Shown here in pieces: positions 18,737 through 27,619 of a stretch of 64,000 nucleotides of DNA; position 1 is the stretch's first letter, and the number at the start of each line of letters is the position of its first letter. The stretch is taken from positions 11,545 to 75,544 of the forward strand of contig JAKPXO010000136.1 in NCBI GenBank assembly GCA_029567505.1, in the 5' to 3' direction. Below the pieces are notes generated by a model. That model worked only from the letters and a program-made list of their open reading frames with translations. It did no database searches and was not told the DNA's origin. The translations under genes were made by a program, and so were the position numbers. Origin of the DNA: Acidobacteriota bacterium. GTDB lineage: Bacteria > Acidobacteriota > Thermoanaerobaculia > UBA5066.

Positions 18737-20125
18737 ATGACCCATCCGAGACTCTCCAGCACGTCCTCCCGGGCGAAGACCTGGTCGCGCCCGGGCCTCG
18801 CCGGCGCGCTCCTCGCGTTGCCGGCCCTCCTCGTCGCGACCTCGGCGGTCGCGCAGCGCGAGCCGGGGACGGCCTCGCCGGACACGGGGTCCGCTCCGGC
18901 GCCCTCCTACTCGGCGCCGGCGCCGTCCTACTCCGCTCCATCGCCCTCCCACTCCTCTCCGTCGCCGTCCTATTCCGCGCCCGCCCCTTCGGCGCCGCGA
19001 AGCGCTCCGGCGCCCTCGGCCGGGTCACCCTCCACGCCCCGCCGCGCGACCGCCCCGAGGGAATCGACCTCGGGGACGCCGGCGCGCCCGGGAAGGCGCG
19101 TCGTCGGCGCCGAGCCGCGGGACGGGCGGAGCGGCGGCCCGACGACCGCGACGGCAGGCGGCGGGGGCAGCCGGGTCCCGCGAATCGTTCCGACGCATCC
19201 GCGCGGCTCCGGCTCGGGCGGGCATCACCATCCGCGCCGCCGCTACTACTCGCCGTACGCCGGCTGGGGCGGGACGTCGTGGTGGTGGGGTGGCCCGTGG
19301 GACTGGTGGTGGTGGGGAAGCCGCTTCGGCCCGTACCACTGGGGCTTCGGCGGCGTCGTCATCGTCGAGGACTACAGCCCGGACCCGAACCGGTACGCGC
19401 GGGTCGACACCGACGTCAGCCCGGAGGCGGCGGAGGTCTACCTCGACGGCACGTTCATCGGCTCGGCCGACGACTTCGACGGCTACCCCGACTTCCTCTG
19501 GCTCGAGGAGGGGAAGTACACGCTCGAGTTCCGGCATCCCTCGTACGAGACCGTCAAGCACGACCTGGAGGTCGAGCCGGGACAGAGCCTCCGTTTCCGG
19601 GACGACCTGAAGCTCGAGCCGGGCAAGAGGAGGCTCGAGGCGGTCGAGCCTCCGCGACGCGGCACGCCTCACGGGCGGGTCTTCGGCAAGCCCGAGGAGC
19701 CCCGCCGCGACAGGACCGGCCGGTTCGAGGCACGGGCCGAGGCCGACCGGGAGCGTGACCTCGAGGAGCTCGAAGACCTCGAGGAGCTCGAGGAGCTGGC
19801 CGAGGAGCTGGACGAGGCGGACGAGGACCTCGCCCCGGCGCCGAAGGTCCGGGGCGAGGTGAAGGAGGGGCGCTCCGGTCGCGAGGCGCTTCCCGCCGAG
19901 CGGTCCCGGCTGCGCTTCGAGATCGAGCCTTCCGACGCGGCGGTCTATCTCGACGACGACTACGTGGGCACGGGAAAGGAGCTCGCCGGCCTGAGCCGCG
20001 GCGTCCCGGTCGACGCCGGAAAGCACACCGTCTCCGTCGTCCGCCCGGGCTTCGTCACGAAGACGATCGAGGTCGAGGTGAAGCCGGGGGTCGCGATCGA
20101 CGTCGTCGTCGAGCTCGAGAAGTAA
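18737..20125 (+). CDS. Secreted PEGA-domain protein with Pro/Ser-rich N-terminus
   Basis: Signal-like helix ending in AVA-Q, SAPAPSY repeats, a Trp/Gly-rich patch, and two PEGA-like domains (VSPEAAEVYLDG; IEPSDAAVYLDD..G..GKHTVSVVRPGF). Confidence 0.8.
   Translation: MTHPRLSSTSSRAKTWSRPGLAGALLALPALLVATSAVAQREPGTASPDTGSAPAPSYSAPAPSYSAPSPSHSSPSPSYSAPAPSAPRSAPAPSAGSPSTPRRATAPRESTSGTPARPGRRVVGAEPRDGRSGGPTTATAGGGGSRVPRIVPTHPRGSGSGGHHHPRRRYYSPYAGWGGTSWWWGGPWDWWWWGSRFGPYHWGFGGVVIVEDYSPDPNRYARVDTDVSPEAAEVYLDGTFIGSADDFDGYPDFLWLEEGKYTLEFRHPSYETVKHDLEVEPGQSLRFRDDLKLEPGKRRLEAVEPPRRGTPHGRVFGKPEEPRRDRTGRFEARAEADRERDLEELEDLEELEELAEELDEADEDLAPAPKVRGEVKEGRSGREALPAERSRLRFEIEPSDAAVYLDDDYVGTGKELAGLSRGVPVDAGKHTVSVVRPGFVTKTIEVEVKPGVAIDVVVELEK
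18890..18995 (+). repeat. Degenerate 21-nt coding tandem repeat (about 5 copies; SAPAPSY-like heptads)
   Basis: Translation reads SAPAPSY-SAPAPSY-SAPSPSH-SSPSPSY-SAPAPSA. Boundaries are approximate. Confidence 0.7.
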
Positions 20126-20142
20126 CGGTCACCTCCTCCGTC

Positions 20143-20175
20143 CGGGCGGGGCGCACCCTCGGGGGCACCCCGCCC
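20143..20175. terminator. GC-rich hairpin between convergent PEGA gene and holB
   Basis: GGGCGGGG...CCCCGCCC inverted repeat; no long U-tract. Confidence 0.5.
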
Positions 20176-20185
20176 GTCTCGCGTT

Positions 20186-21145
20186 TCAAAGGGCCCGCAG
20201 CGAGAGGGCGAAGGCCTCGGCGGCGAGGCGCGGGTTCCGGCGCGAGTCGGGAAGGTCCCCGGCCGCCTGGAGCGCCCGGCGCGCCGCCTCGAGGAGGACC
20301 GTGTCCCCGGCTTCGGAGAGGCGGGCGAGGTCCCGGTACCGTTCGACGTGATGGACGGTCCGGCCGGCCGGGTCGGTTCCGGCGGCGACCGCGTCCCGGA
20401 GGAGCCCCGCGAGGAGCGAGAGGCGGTCCGCGGTCGCGCCCGCGTCCTCGGCGGCGAGCCGGCCGGCGAGGACGAGGGCCCAGCCCGTCGAACGGGACAG
20501 GAGGAGCCCCGAGACCGCCTCGAGGAGGGCGTCCCGGCCCTCCCGCGCGGCGGCGAGGTCCAGGTCGCGTGCCTCCTCCTCGCCGGGCGGGCCGAAGGCG
20601 GCTCGCCCGGCCGCTTCCTCGGGAGACATCCCGCCGCCGGTGAGGGCGGCGACGAGCGCCTCCCGGGAGAGCGCGGGAAGCCGGCGGAGGACGAGCCGCG
20701 AGAGGATCGTCGGCGGGAGGAGACGGGGACGCGTCGCGGTCAGGACGAATCGGGCGCGCGACGGCGGCTCCTCCAGGATCTTCAGGAGCGCGCTGAACGC
20801 GGCCGCCTCGGTCCGGTCGACGTCGAGGAGGACGAGGACGCGGCGCGTCCCTTCGTACGGCAGGCGCGAGGCGTCGGCCGAGATCGCGCGGACGAGCGCC
20901 GTCGGAATCGTCGTCTCCTTCGAGCCCGAGGTCTCGTCGAACGGAGGGGTGTTCGCGCGCCGGCCGCTTTCCGGGGCGGCGACGAGGAGATCCGGGTGCT
21001 CGCGGCGCGCCACGCGACGGCAGTCGGGGCAGGAAGCCGTCCGGTCGCCGCTCCGACAGAGGAACGACGCGGCGACGTCGAGCGCCTCCGCCTCGAGACG
21101 CTTCGAGCCGCGCCCCGTCAGGAGCTGGACCGGGACGTCGGTCAT
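20186..21145 (-). CDS. holB: DNA polymerase III subunit delta'
   Basis: Directly follows tmk with an ATGA overlap. Zn-finger remnant (C..SCPDCRR), HPDL, AAFSALLKILEEPP, LLPPTILSR. Confidence 0.85.
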   Translation of the reverse strand: MTDVPVQLLTGRGSKRLEAEALDVAASFLCRSGDRTASCPDCRRVARREHPDLLVAAPESGRRANTPPFDETSGSKETTIPTALVRAISADASRLPYEGTRRVLVLLDVDRTEAAAFSALLKILEEPPSRARFVLTATRPRLLPPTILSRLVLRRLPALSREALVAALTGGGMSPEEAAGRAAFGPPGEEEARDLDLAAAREGRDALLEAVSGLLLSRSTGWALVLAGRLAAEDAGATADRLSLLAGLLRDAVAAGTDPAGRTVHHVERYRDLARLSEAGDTVLLEAARRALQAAGDLPDSRRNPRLAAEAFALSLRAL

Positions 21146-21777
21146 CGCGCGGCCCGGAGCGTGTCGAGGTCGCCGGCGACCCGCTCCGCGAGCTCCTCGA
21201 CGGGGCGGGTCCCGTCCAGGACGAGGAAGCGGCCCGGCTCCTTCCGCGCCCGGGCGAGGTAGGCGGCCCGGACGCGCCGGTGGAACGCGAGCGCCTCGCG
21301 CTCGATCCGGTCCTTCCCCCCGCGAGCGGCGGCGACGCGGGCGAGCCCCGTCGCGGGCGGGCAGTCGAAGAGGTACGTCCGGTCGGGCTCGAGCCCGCAG
21401 AAGCGCGCGTGGAGGAGGTCGACGAGGTCCTCCCCGAGGCCACGTCCCGCCCCCTGGTAGGCCCGCGAGGCGTCGGTGTAGCGGTCGCAGAGGACGAGCG
21501 TGCCGGCGGCGAGCGCCGGCTCGATCGACTCCGTCAGGTGCTGCCGCCGGTCGGCGAACATCAGGAGGAGCTCGGCCCTCGGATCGATCCGGCCGGCGTG
21601 AAGGAGGAGCCGCCGCAGGCGGGCTCCGGCCGGAGTTCCGCCCGGCTGGCGGGTCACGAGGAGCGGCACGCCGAGCCGGCGGAGGCGCCGGGCGAGGATT
21701 CGGAGCTGGGTCGACTTGCCGGAGCCCTCGATCCCCTCGAAGGTGACGAAGAGGCCCCGCCTGCTGCGGGCGGTCAC
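21142..21777 (-). CDS. tmk: Thymidylate kinase
   Basis: FVTFEGIEGSGKST, TRQPGG, ELLLMFADRRQH, LCDRYTDAS.AYQG. An alternative ATG lies at 21795. Confidence 0.95.
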   Translation of the reverse strand: MTARSRRGLFVTFEGIEGSGKSTQLRILARRLRRLGVPLLVTRQPGGTPAGARLRRLLLHAGRIDPRAELLLMFADRRQHLTESIEPALAAGTLVLCDRYTDASRAYQGAGRGLGEDLVDLLHARFCGLEPDRTYLFDCPPATGLARVAAARGGKDRIEREALAFHRRVRAAYLARARKEPGRFLVLDGTRPVEELAERVAGDLDTLRAAR

Positions 21778-21885
21778 GAGGCGCGATTCTCGCATGCAGG
21801 CGGCACGGCTCGCCGAACCGGCCGGGATGGCCTCCGTATACTTCGTGCGCCCCCCGACGCGAGAGCCGATCGAGAGAAGAGTGCC

Positions 21886-24450
21886 GTGACCCCCGCGCCG
21901 CCTGCAGCCCGCCGGAGGGCCATCGTCGTCGTCGGGATCCTCGGCGCGCTGATCGCGGCGATGTCGGTGGCCGACATGTTCCTGCCGAAGGCATGGGACG
22001 GTGTCGTGCCGGACACCTACGCCGAGAGCGGGCTCCAGGTCCGCGCCGTCGTCCGCGGCGGTCCCGCGGAGGGGGCGGGCATCCGCCCGGGGGACACGAT
22101 CCTCGGCATCGGGCGGCGAATGCTGAACACGCCGGCCGAGGCGGCCTCGGAGCTCGGCCGGCTGGCGGCGGGCGAGACCGTCCCGTACCTCGTCAAGCGT
22201 GGAGAGCAGGTCCTCGAGCGCGAGGTCCTCCTTTCGCCCTACCGGCTCGGGTCGGCCTCGTACGTCTACTACGCCCTCCTCGGCGGGCTCTTCTTCGGTC
22301 TCGGCCTCTTCGTCTACTCGAGGCGGGCCAGGGACGAGGCCGCGGAGGTCTTCTTCCTCCTCTGCGTCCTCTTCATGCTCTTCTTCGTCTGTCGCCTCCG
22401 GCCGTCCAGCTACTACTGGATCGACTGGTTCGTGCAGGTGGCGGGGACGCTCGCCCTCTTCCTCCTCGGCGCGGTCTTCCTCCACTTCTTCCTCCTCTTC
22501 CCGCGCCGGAAGGTCTTCCGCTTCGCCGAGGCGCGGCCGGGAGAGGACCCGCCGGCGGCGCCGCTCGTCTACCTTCAGAGGTTCCTGAACGGATCGCCCG
22601 CGCTCTTCGTCCTCCTCTACACGCTCCCGCCGGCGTTCTACGCGCTCCAGATGGCGGTCCTCCGGAGGACCGGCGACCGATCCGTGCTCGTCTACGGCGC
22701 GCCCCGGGCGAACTGGATCCTCCTCGCCGACTACCTCGTCCTCGGCCTCCTCGCGCTCGCCCACTCCTGGTGGACGGCGCGCGAGAGGACGACCCGGCGG
22801 CCGATCCTCGTCCTGCTGCTCGGCACGCTCGGCGGGATCGTTCCGTTCGTCCTCTTCGCGGTCTACTTCCCGTCGCTCTTCCGGGACGAGCGCTATCTCG
22901 CCTGGGGCGTCGTCCCGATGGCGCTCGTGCCGCTCACCTTCGCATACGCCATCGTCCGGTTCCGCCTCTTCGACGTCCAGGTGATCGTCGGCAAGTCGAT
23001 CGTCTACGCGATCCTCACGGCGATCGTCACGGGCCTCTACGCCCTCGCCGTCGTGGCGGGGAACGCCCTCGTCTCCTCGCGGACCCTCTCGCCGCTCTTC
23101 GCGTTCGCGTTCGGCCTCGCGGTCGTCCTGCTGGTCGACCCGCTCCGGCGGAGGATGCAGGCGGTCGTGGACCGGCTCTTCTTCCGCGACCGGGCCGACT
23201 TCCAGTCGGCGTTCCGCGACATCAGCCGCCAGGTCGTCGCCCAGCTCGACCGCGGCAAGATGCAGCAGCTCCTCACCGAGAGGACGGCGGAGCTCCTCCG
23301 GCTGAGCCGGCTCGACCTGCTGACGCCCCGTCCCGAGGACGGGGCGCTCGCCGACCCGCGGCGGGGAGACGTCTCGCTCCCGGTCGGCGCCGCGCTCGGG
23401 CGGCTCCTCGTGGAGCGGGACGCGCCTGTCCCCCTGCGCGACCTCGACCCCTGGGCGCTCGACGCCCCCTCTCGGAGCTTCCTGAAGGCCCAGCTCGAGC
23501 GCGGGGCGCGCGTCCTCGTCCCGGTCGCGACGCGCGGCCGGCTCCTCGGCGTCCTCGCGGCCGGAGAGAAGAAGTCGGAGGAGGAGTTCCACAAGGAGGA
23601 CCTCGACAACCTCGTGACGATCGCGAACCAGGGGGCCCTCGGCCTCGAGGTGGCGGCCCTCCACGAGCAGCTGACCCGCCGGGCCGAGGTCGAGCGTGAC
23701 CTCGAGATCGCCCGCGACATCCAGGTGAGCCTCTTCCCGCGGGAGCTCCCCCGGATCGCCGGGATCGAGCTCTACGGCGTCAGCCTCCCGGCGAAGGTCG
23801 TCGGCGGCGACTTCTACGATTTCCTTCCCGTCGACGGCGGGTTCGACGGGCGGGTCGCGCTCGTCGTCGGCGACGTCTCCGGCAAGTCGATCCCCGCGTC
23901 GCTCCTGATGGTCGCGGCCAAGGAGATCGTCTACGCCCGGGCGATGCAGGACCCGGAGCCGTCCACCGTCTTCCGCGAGTCGAACCGCCGCATCTACGAG
24001 ATCAAGCGGAGGATGTTCGTCTCGCTCGGCTATTTCCTCTACGACCCGGTCCAGCTCACCCTCCACTACTCCATCGGAGGGCAGCCTCTCCCGCTCGTCG
24101 TCCGTGGCGGCGAGGCCGTCGAGCTGCCGGCGCCGGTCAGCCGGCTCCCGCTCGGCGCCCTCCGCGAGACGACGTACGACGCGAAGACGTTCTGGCTCCG
24201 GAGAGGCGACCTCCTCCTCTTCTACACCGACGGCCTGAACGAGGCGATGTCGGTGGAGAGCGCCTACTTCGGCGACGAGCGCCTGAAGGCCTCCCTCGTC
24301 CGCCACTCCGCGGCACCCCTCCCGGAGATGGCGGAGGAGATCCTGGAGGACATCCGCCAGTTCACGTTCGGGGCCGAGCAGTCCGACGACGCCACGTTCG
24401 TCCTCCTGCGGGTGACGGGGGCGAAACCCGCACCTCCGGGGTCCGTATAG
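21886..24450 (+). CDS. Membrane PP2C/SpoIIE (RsbU-like) phosphatase: PDZ - multi-TM - GAF - PP2C (854 aa)
   Basis: PDZ (GPAEGAGIRPGDTILGI), about 8-10 TM helices, a GAF region, then PP2C motifs VGGDFYD, GDVSGK, YTDGLNEA, DDAT. TATACT -10-like hexamer at 21837. Confidence 0.88.
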   Translation: MTPAPPAARRRAIVVVGILGALIAAMSVADMFLPKAWDGVVPDTYAESGLQVRAVVRGGPAEGAGIRPGDTILGIGRRMLNTPAEAASELGRLAAGETVPYLVKRGEQVLEREVLLSPYRLGSASYVYYALLGGLFFGLGLFVYSRRARDEAAEVFFLLCVLFMLFFVCRLRPSSYYWIDWFVQVAGTLALFLLGAVFLHFFLLFPRRKVFRFAEARPGEDPPAAPLVYLQRFLNGSPALFVLLYTLPPAFYALQMAVLRRTGDRSVLVYGAPRANWILLADYLVLGLLALAHSWWTARERTTRRPILVLLLGTLGGIVPFVLFAVYFPSLFRDERYLAWGVVPMALVPLTFAYAIVRFRLFDVQVIVGKSIVYAILTAIVTGLYALAVVAGNALVSSRTLSPLFAFAFGLAVVLLVDPLRRRMQAVVDRLFFRDRADFQSAFRDISRQVVAQLDRGKMQQLLTERTAELLRLSRLDLLTPRPEDGALADPRRGDVSLPVGAALGRLLVERDAPVPLRDLDPWALDAPSRSFLKAQLERGARVLVPVATRGRLLGVLAAGEKKSEEEFHKEDLDNLVTIANQGALGLEVAALHEQLTRRAEVERDLEIARDIQVSLFPRELPRIAGIELYGVSLPAKVVGGDFYDFLPVDGGFDGRVALVVGDVSGKSIPASLLMVAAKEIVYARAMQDPEPSTVFRESNRRIYEIKRRMFVSLGYFLYDPVQLTLHYSIGGQPLPLVVRGGEAVELPAPVSRLPLGALRETTYDAKTFWLRRGDLLLFYTDGLNEAMSVESAYFGDERLKASLVRHSAAPLPEMAEEILEDIRQFTFGAEQSDDATFVLLRVTGAKPAPPGSV

Positions 24451-24487
24451 CTTTCCGAGGGCCCGGTGGCCCGGAAGGGACCAGTCC

Positions 24488-25906
24488 GTGACGAAACCGC
24501 GCGTCCGAAAGCTCTTCCTCGCGGTCGCGGCCCTCGCCGTGGCCGCCGGGGGGACCGCGTTCGCCGTCCTCGCACGGGACCGGCGCGAGGTGACGACCCG
24601 GTCGGCGGAGGCCTACCGCTTCTACCGGCAGGGGCTCGAGAACGAGCGCCGGCTCTACCACAAGGACGCCCTCGCCTCCTACGCGAAGGCGCTGGAGCTC
24701 GACCCTCACTTCGCGATGGCGACCGTGCGCCTGGCCGGCCTCCTCGCCGGGAGGGACCGGGACCGGGCGAAGTCGCTCGTCCAGTGCGCGTCCCAGAGCC
24801 GCGAGGTCCTGAACGAGCGCGAGCGGCTGACCCTCGAGATCGTCGAGGCGGAGCTCCTGGCCGGCGAGCCGAAGAAGGCGGCGGAACGGGTCCGGGAGTA
24901 CGTCCGGCGCTTCCCGGAAGACCCCGAGGGCTATTTCCGTCTCGCGAACGTCCTGGCCCGCGAAGGGAAGCCGGACGAGACGCTCGCCACCTACGAGCGC
25001 CTCGTCGCGCTCGACCCGAACCAGGCCATCGCCTACAACTACCTCGGCTACTACTTCCTCCGGCGCCGCGACTTCGTCAAGGGGGAGGACTTCTTCAAGC
25101 GCTACCGCTTCCTCGCCCCCGACCAGGCGAACCCCTACGACTCCCTCGGGGAGCTCTACGCGAACACGGGCCGCTACGCCGAGGCGGAGGAGCACCTGAA
25201 GCGGGCGCTCGAGATCAAGCCGGACTTCCTCCCGGCCGTCGGCCACCTGGGGACCGTCGAGGCCTGCCGCGGGAACGCGGAAGGCGCGGTGACCTGGTAT
25301 CGGCGCGCCTCCGAGCTCGCGGAGACGTGGAAAGACCGCTACTCCTTCGCCGGCGCCGCCGTCATGGCGCTCCTCGACGCGGGGCGCGCCGAGGACGCGC
25401 TCGTCCTCCTCGACGAGGTCGCCGTCGCCGCTCCCGCCCGGGAGGGCGTGGACGCGCTCGTGCTCCGCTGGAACGTGGCTCGCTCCCGGGCGATCGTCCT
25501 CGCGATCGCCGGGCGCGTCGAGGAGGCGGAGGCGGAGCTCGCGGGCCTGCCGGAGCTGCCGCCCGATTTCGACCCGAAGGGCAAGGCCGCTCTCGAGACG
25601 AGCCTTTCGGGACCGAAGGCGGCGATGGCCGTCGCCCGGGGAGACCTCGAGGGGGCCGTCCGGCATTTCCGGGAGATCCTCGCGACCGAGGCGGAGCGCG
25701 GGATGGGCGACTTCTCGTACTACCCGTCGATCTTCCGCGTGAGGACCCGCCTCGCGGACGCGCTCGTCACGCTGGGGCGGCCGGACGAAGCGCGGGAGGA
25801 GCTGCGGCCCGTGCTGGCCGTGAACCCGAGGTTCGCGCCGGCGCTCGAGGTCCTCGCCCGGATCGGCGGGCGTTCCTCCGCGACGACGGGAGGCGCCGGG
25901 CGCTGA
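24488..25906 (+). CDS. Tetratricopeptide-repeat protein with N-terminal membrane anchor/signal
   Basis: N-terminal hydrophobic helix; repeated TPR-like units (ALELDPHFAMA, LDPNQAIAYNYLG, ANPYDSLGELY, ALEIKPDF). Confidence 0.8.
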   Translation: MTKPRVRKLFLAVAALAVAAGGTAFAVLARDRREVTTRSAEAYRFYRQGLENERRLYHKDALASYAKALELDPHFAMATVRLAGLLAGRDRDRAKSLVQCASQSREVLNERERLTLEIVEAELLAGEPKKAAERVREYVRRFPEDPEGYFRLANVLAREGKPDETLATYERLVALDPNQAIAYNYLGYYFLRRRDFVKGEDFFKRYRFLAPDQANPYDSLGELYANTGRYAEAEEHLKRALEIKPDFLPAVGHLGTVEACRGNAEGAVTWYRRASELAETWKDRYSFAGAAVMALLDAGRAEDALVLLDEVAVAAPAREGVDALVLRWNVARSRAIVLAIAGRVEEAEAELAGLPELPPDFDPKGKAALETSLSGPKAAMAVARGDLEGAVRHFREILATEAERGMGDFSYYPSIFRVRTRLADALVTLGRPDEAREELRPVLAVNPRFAPALEVLARIGGRSSATTGGAGR

Positions 25907-25907
25907 G

Positions 25908-27395
25908 ATGGCGGTCCGGGTCGCGCGCTCCAGCGAGTCGTTCGACCTCCGCAAGAAGGTCCTCCGCCTCGAGACCCTCTACGACGTCTCGCGGGCGCTG
26001 AACGTGCTGCGGGACGAGCAGGCCCTCGTCGACGAGATCGTGGCGCGCTCCGTGGCCCTCCTCGACGCCGAGCGCGGCTTCGGGGTCGTCTTCGAGGAGC
26101 AGGGCGGCCCGGCCGTCGTCTCGACGGTCGCGTTCCCGACGTTCCCGGGAAGCCTCGCCGCCGCGTCCGACCCGTTCGTCCTCGACCTCTGCCGGGCCCG
26201 CGGCCCCCTCTCCCGGACGGAGGAGACCGTCTTCGGAAGCCCCGCGGGGAGCGTCGTCGGGGCCCCGCTCGTCGTGCGGGACCGCGTCCTCGGCGTCCTC
26301 GTCGCTCTCGACCGGGAGGCCCGGGAAGGCCCGGCGGCGGCGTTCGACGACGGCGACCGGCGTTTCCTCGAGTCGGTCGCGGCCCTCGCGGCGCCGGCGC
26401 TCGACGCCCTCCGCCAGCTGCGTGCCCTCGAGGCCGACGTGGACCGCCTCCGGGAGGAGAACCGGGCGCTGAAGGGCTCGCTCGGGATCGACGACCTGCT
26501 CGTGGGCGACTCGGCCGGGATGCGGCGGGTCAAGGAGCTCGTCGTGCGCGCGGCCGCGTCCCGTGTCGGCGTCCTGATCCGCGGCGAGAGCGGCACGGGC
26601 AAAGAGCTCGTCGCCCGGCTTCTCCACGCGGCCTCCCCGCGCCGCGACGGGCCGTTCCTGGCCCTCAACTGCGCGGCGGTGCCGGAGACGCTCCTCGAAG
26701 CCGAGCTCTTCGGCATCGAGCGGGGCGTGGCGACGGGGGTCGAGGCGCGGCAGGGGAAGTTCGAGCTCGCCTCGGGCGGGACGATCTTCCTCGACGAGAT
26801 CGCCGACGCCCCGCTCGCGATCCAGGCCAAGCTGCTCCGGGTCCTTCAGGAGCGGGAGATCGAACGGCTCGGCGGGCGGCGGCGGATCCCGGTCGACGTC
26901 CGCGTCGTGGCGGCGACGAACGCGGACCTCGAGCGGTCGATCCGGGAGAAGCGGTTCCGCGAGGACCTCTACTACCGGATCCGGGTCGTCGAGATCCCGC
27001 TTCCTCCGCTTCGCGAGCGGCGGGAGGACATCCCACGTCTCATCGGGCACTTCCTGTCGCGGATCGCGGCGCGCGAGGGTCGGCGGCCGAAATCCCTCGC
27101 GCGCGAGGCGGTCGCGCGCCTGCTCGACTACCCGTTCCCGGGAAACGTCCGCGAGCTCGAGAACCTGCTCGAGGGGGCGGTGGCGCTCGTGCCGGGAGAG
27201 ACGATCGAGGCCGGCGACCTGCAGCTTCGCGGTGGACGTCCGGGGCCCGGGTCGAACGGCTCCCAGGACCTGGCGACGCTCGAGCTCGAGCACATCCGCA
27301 GAGTCCTCGAGTCGGTCAGCGGGAACAAGAGCGAGGCCGCGCGCATTCTCGGCATCAACCGCCGGACTCTCTACCGGAAGCACGTGTCTAATTAG
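25908..27395 (+). CDS. Sigma54-type enhancer-binding protein (GAF - AAA+ - Fis HTH)
   Basis: GESGTGKE, ELFG..GVATGV, IFLDEI, FREDLYYR, FPGNVRELEN, and HTH GNKSEAARILGINRRTLYRK. Confidence 0.92.
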   Translation: MAVRVARSSESFDLRKKVLRLETLYDVSRALNVLRDEQALVDEIVARSVALLDAERGFGVVFEEQGGPAVVSTVAFPTFPGSLAAASDPFVLDLCRARGPLSRTEETVFGSPAGSVVGAPLVVRDRVLGVLVALDREAREGPAAAFDDGDRRFLESVAALAAPALDALRQLRALEADVDRLREENRALKGSLGIDDLLVGDSAGMRRVKELVVRAAASRVGVLIRGESGTGKELVARLLHAASPRRDGPFLALNCAAVPETLLEAELFGIERGVATGVEARQGKFELASGGTIFLDEIADAPLAIQAKLLRVLQEREIERLGGRRRIPVDVRVVAATNADLERSIREKRFREDLYYRIRVVEIPLPPLRERREDIPRLIGHFLSRIAAREGRRPKSLAREAVARLLDYPFPGNVRELENLLEGAVALVPGETIEAGDLQLRGGRPGPGSNGSQDLATLELEHIRRVLESVSGNKSEAARILGINRRTLYRKHVSN

Positions 27396-27493
27396 GACAC
27401 CGGGGCATAATGTCCCATGCCGCGTAAGCAATTGGACCAGAGCTATTTGTGCGACTGCGAGCTTTCGATCCAAGCGGGATGTGGCATTATGCC
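27384..27493. promoter_or_regulatory. Cluster of palindromes, candidate upstream activator sites
   Basis: GTGTCTAATTAGGACAC (27384-27400), GGGGCATAATGTCCC (27402-27416) and GGCATTATGCC (27483-27493). The last two are related motifs in opposite orientation. Confidence 0.5.
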
Positions 27494-27521
27494 GCTATCC
27501 CTTCGGGCGACGATCGGGGGC

Positions 27522-27560
27522 GTTGTTGTAAGTAGCTGTAAACAAGGTGTTTAGATAGAA
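27522..27560. promoter_or_regulatory. AT-rich IHF-like bending segment between palindromes and sigma54 promoter
   Basis: GTTGTTGTAAGTAGCTGTAAACAAGGTGTTTAGATAGAA is AT-rich in a very GC-rich background. It matches WATCAA-N4-TTR only loosely. Confidence 0.35.
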
Positions 27561-27580
27561 TATTCTCGACAGGGTCGTTC

Positions 27581-27595
27581 TGGCGCAGCTGTTGC
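27581..27595 (+). promoter_or_regulatory. Sigma54 (RpoN) -24/-12 promoter
   Basis: TGGCGCAGCTGTTGC has exact TGGC-N7-TTGC spacing, followed by RBS GGAGGAG and ATG 27620. Confidence 0.85.
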
Positions 27596-27619
27596 GTCAT
27601 TCCGTCGCGGGAGGAGTCG

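Noticed and set aside
15871-18885. Long antisense ORFs (also 13981..15660, 27487..30045, 31256..34303, 34550..36286, 40800..43619, 52831..54654, 56439..58799, 60684..62723)
   Set aside because: Each mirrors a well-supported gene on the other strand and has the E/R/V/D-rich composition typical of antisense reading of GC3-biased codons.
18890-18995. Short tandem repeats as a CRISPR array
   Set aside because: They are degenerate in-frame coding repeats without unique spacers, and no cas genes are present in the window.
20186-21145. holB as a pseudogene because the P-loop is missing
   Set aside because: Delta' subunits normally have a degenerate Walker A. The frame is intact and coupled to tmk as usual.
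21778-24306. Apparent 1054-aa tmk fusion and 964-aa kdpB (to 59390) in the ORF track
   Set aside because: The extensions are shadows of the PP2C gene and of kdpA. The true starts are near 21777 and 58535.
27481-27495. Second possible sigma54 promoter TGGCATTATGCCGC
   Set aside because: Spacing is GG-N9-GC, not N10. Kept only as a palindrome.
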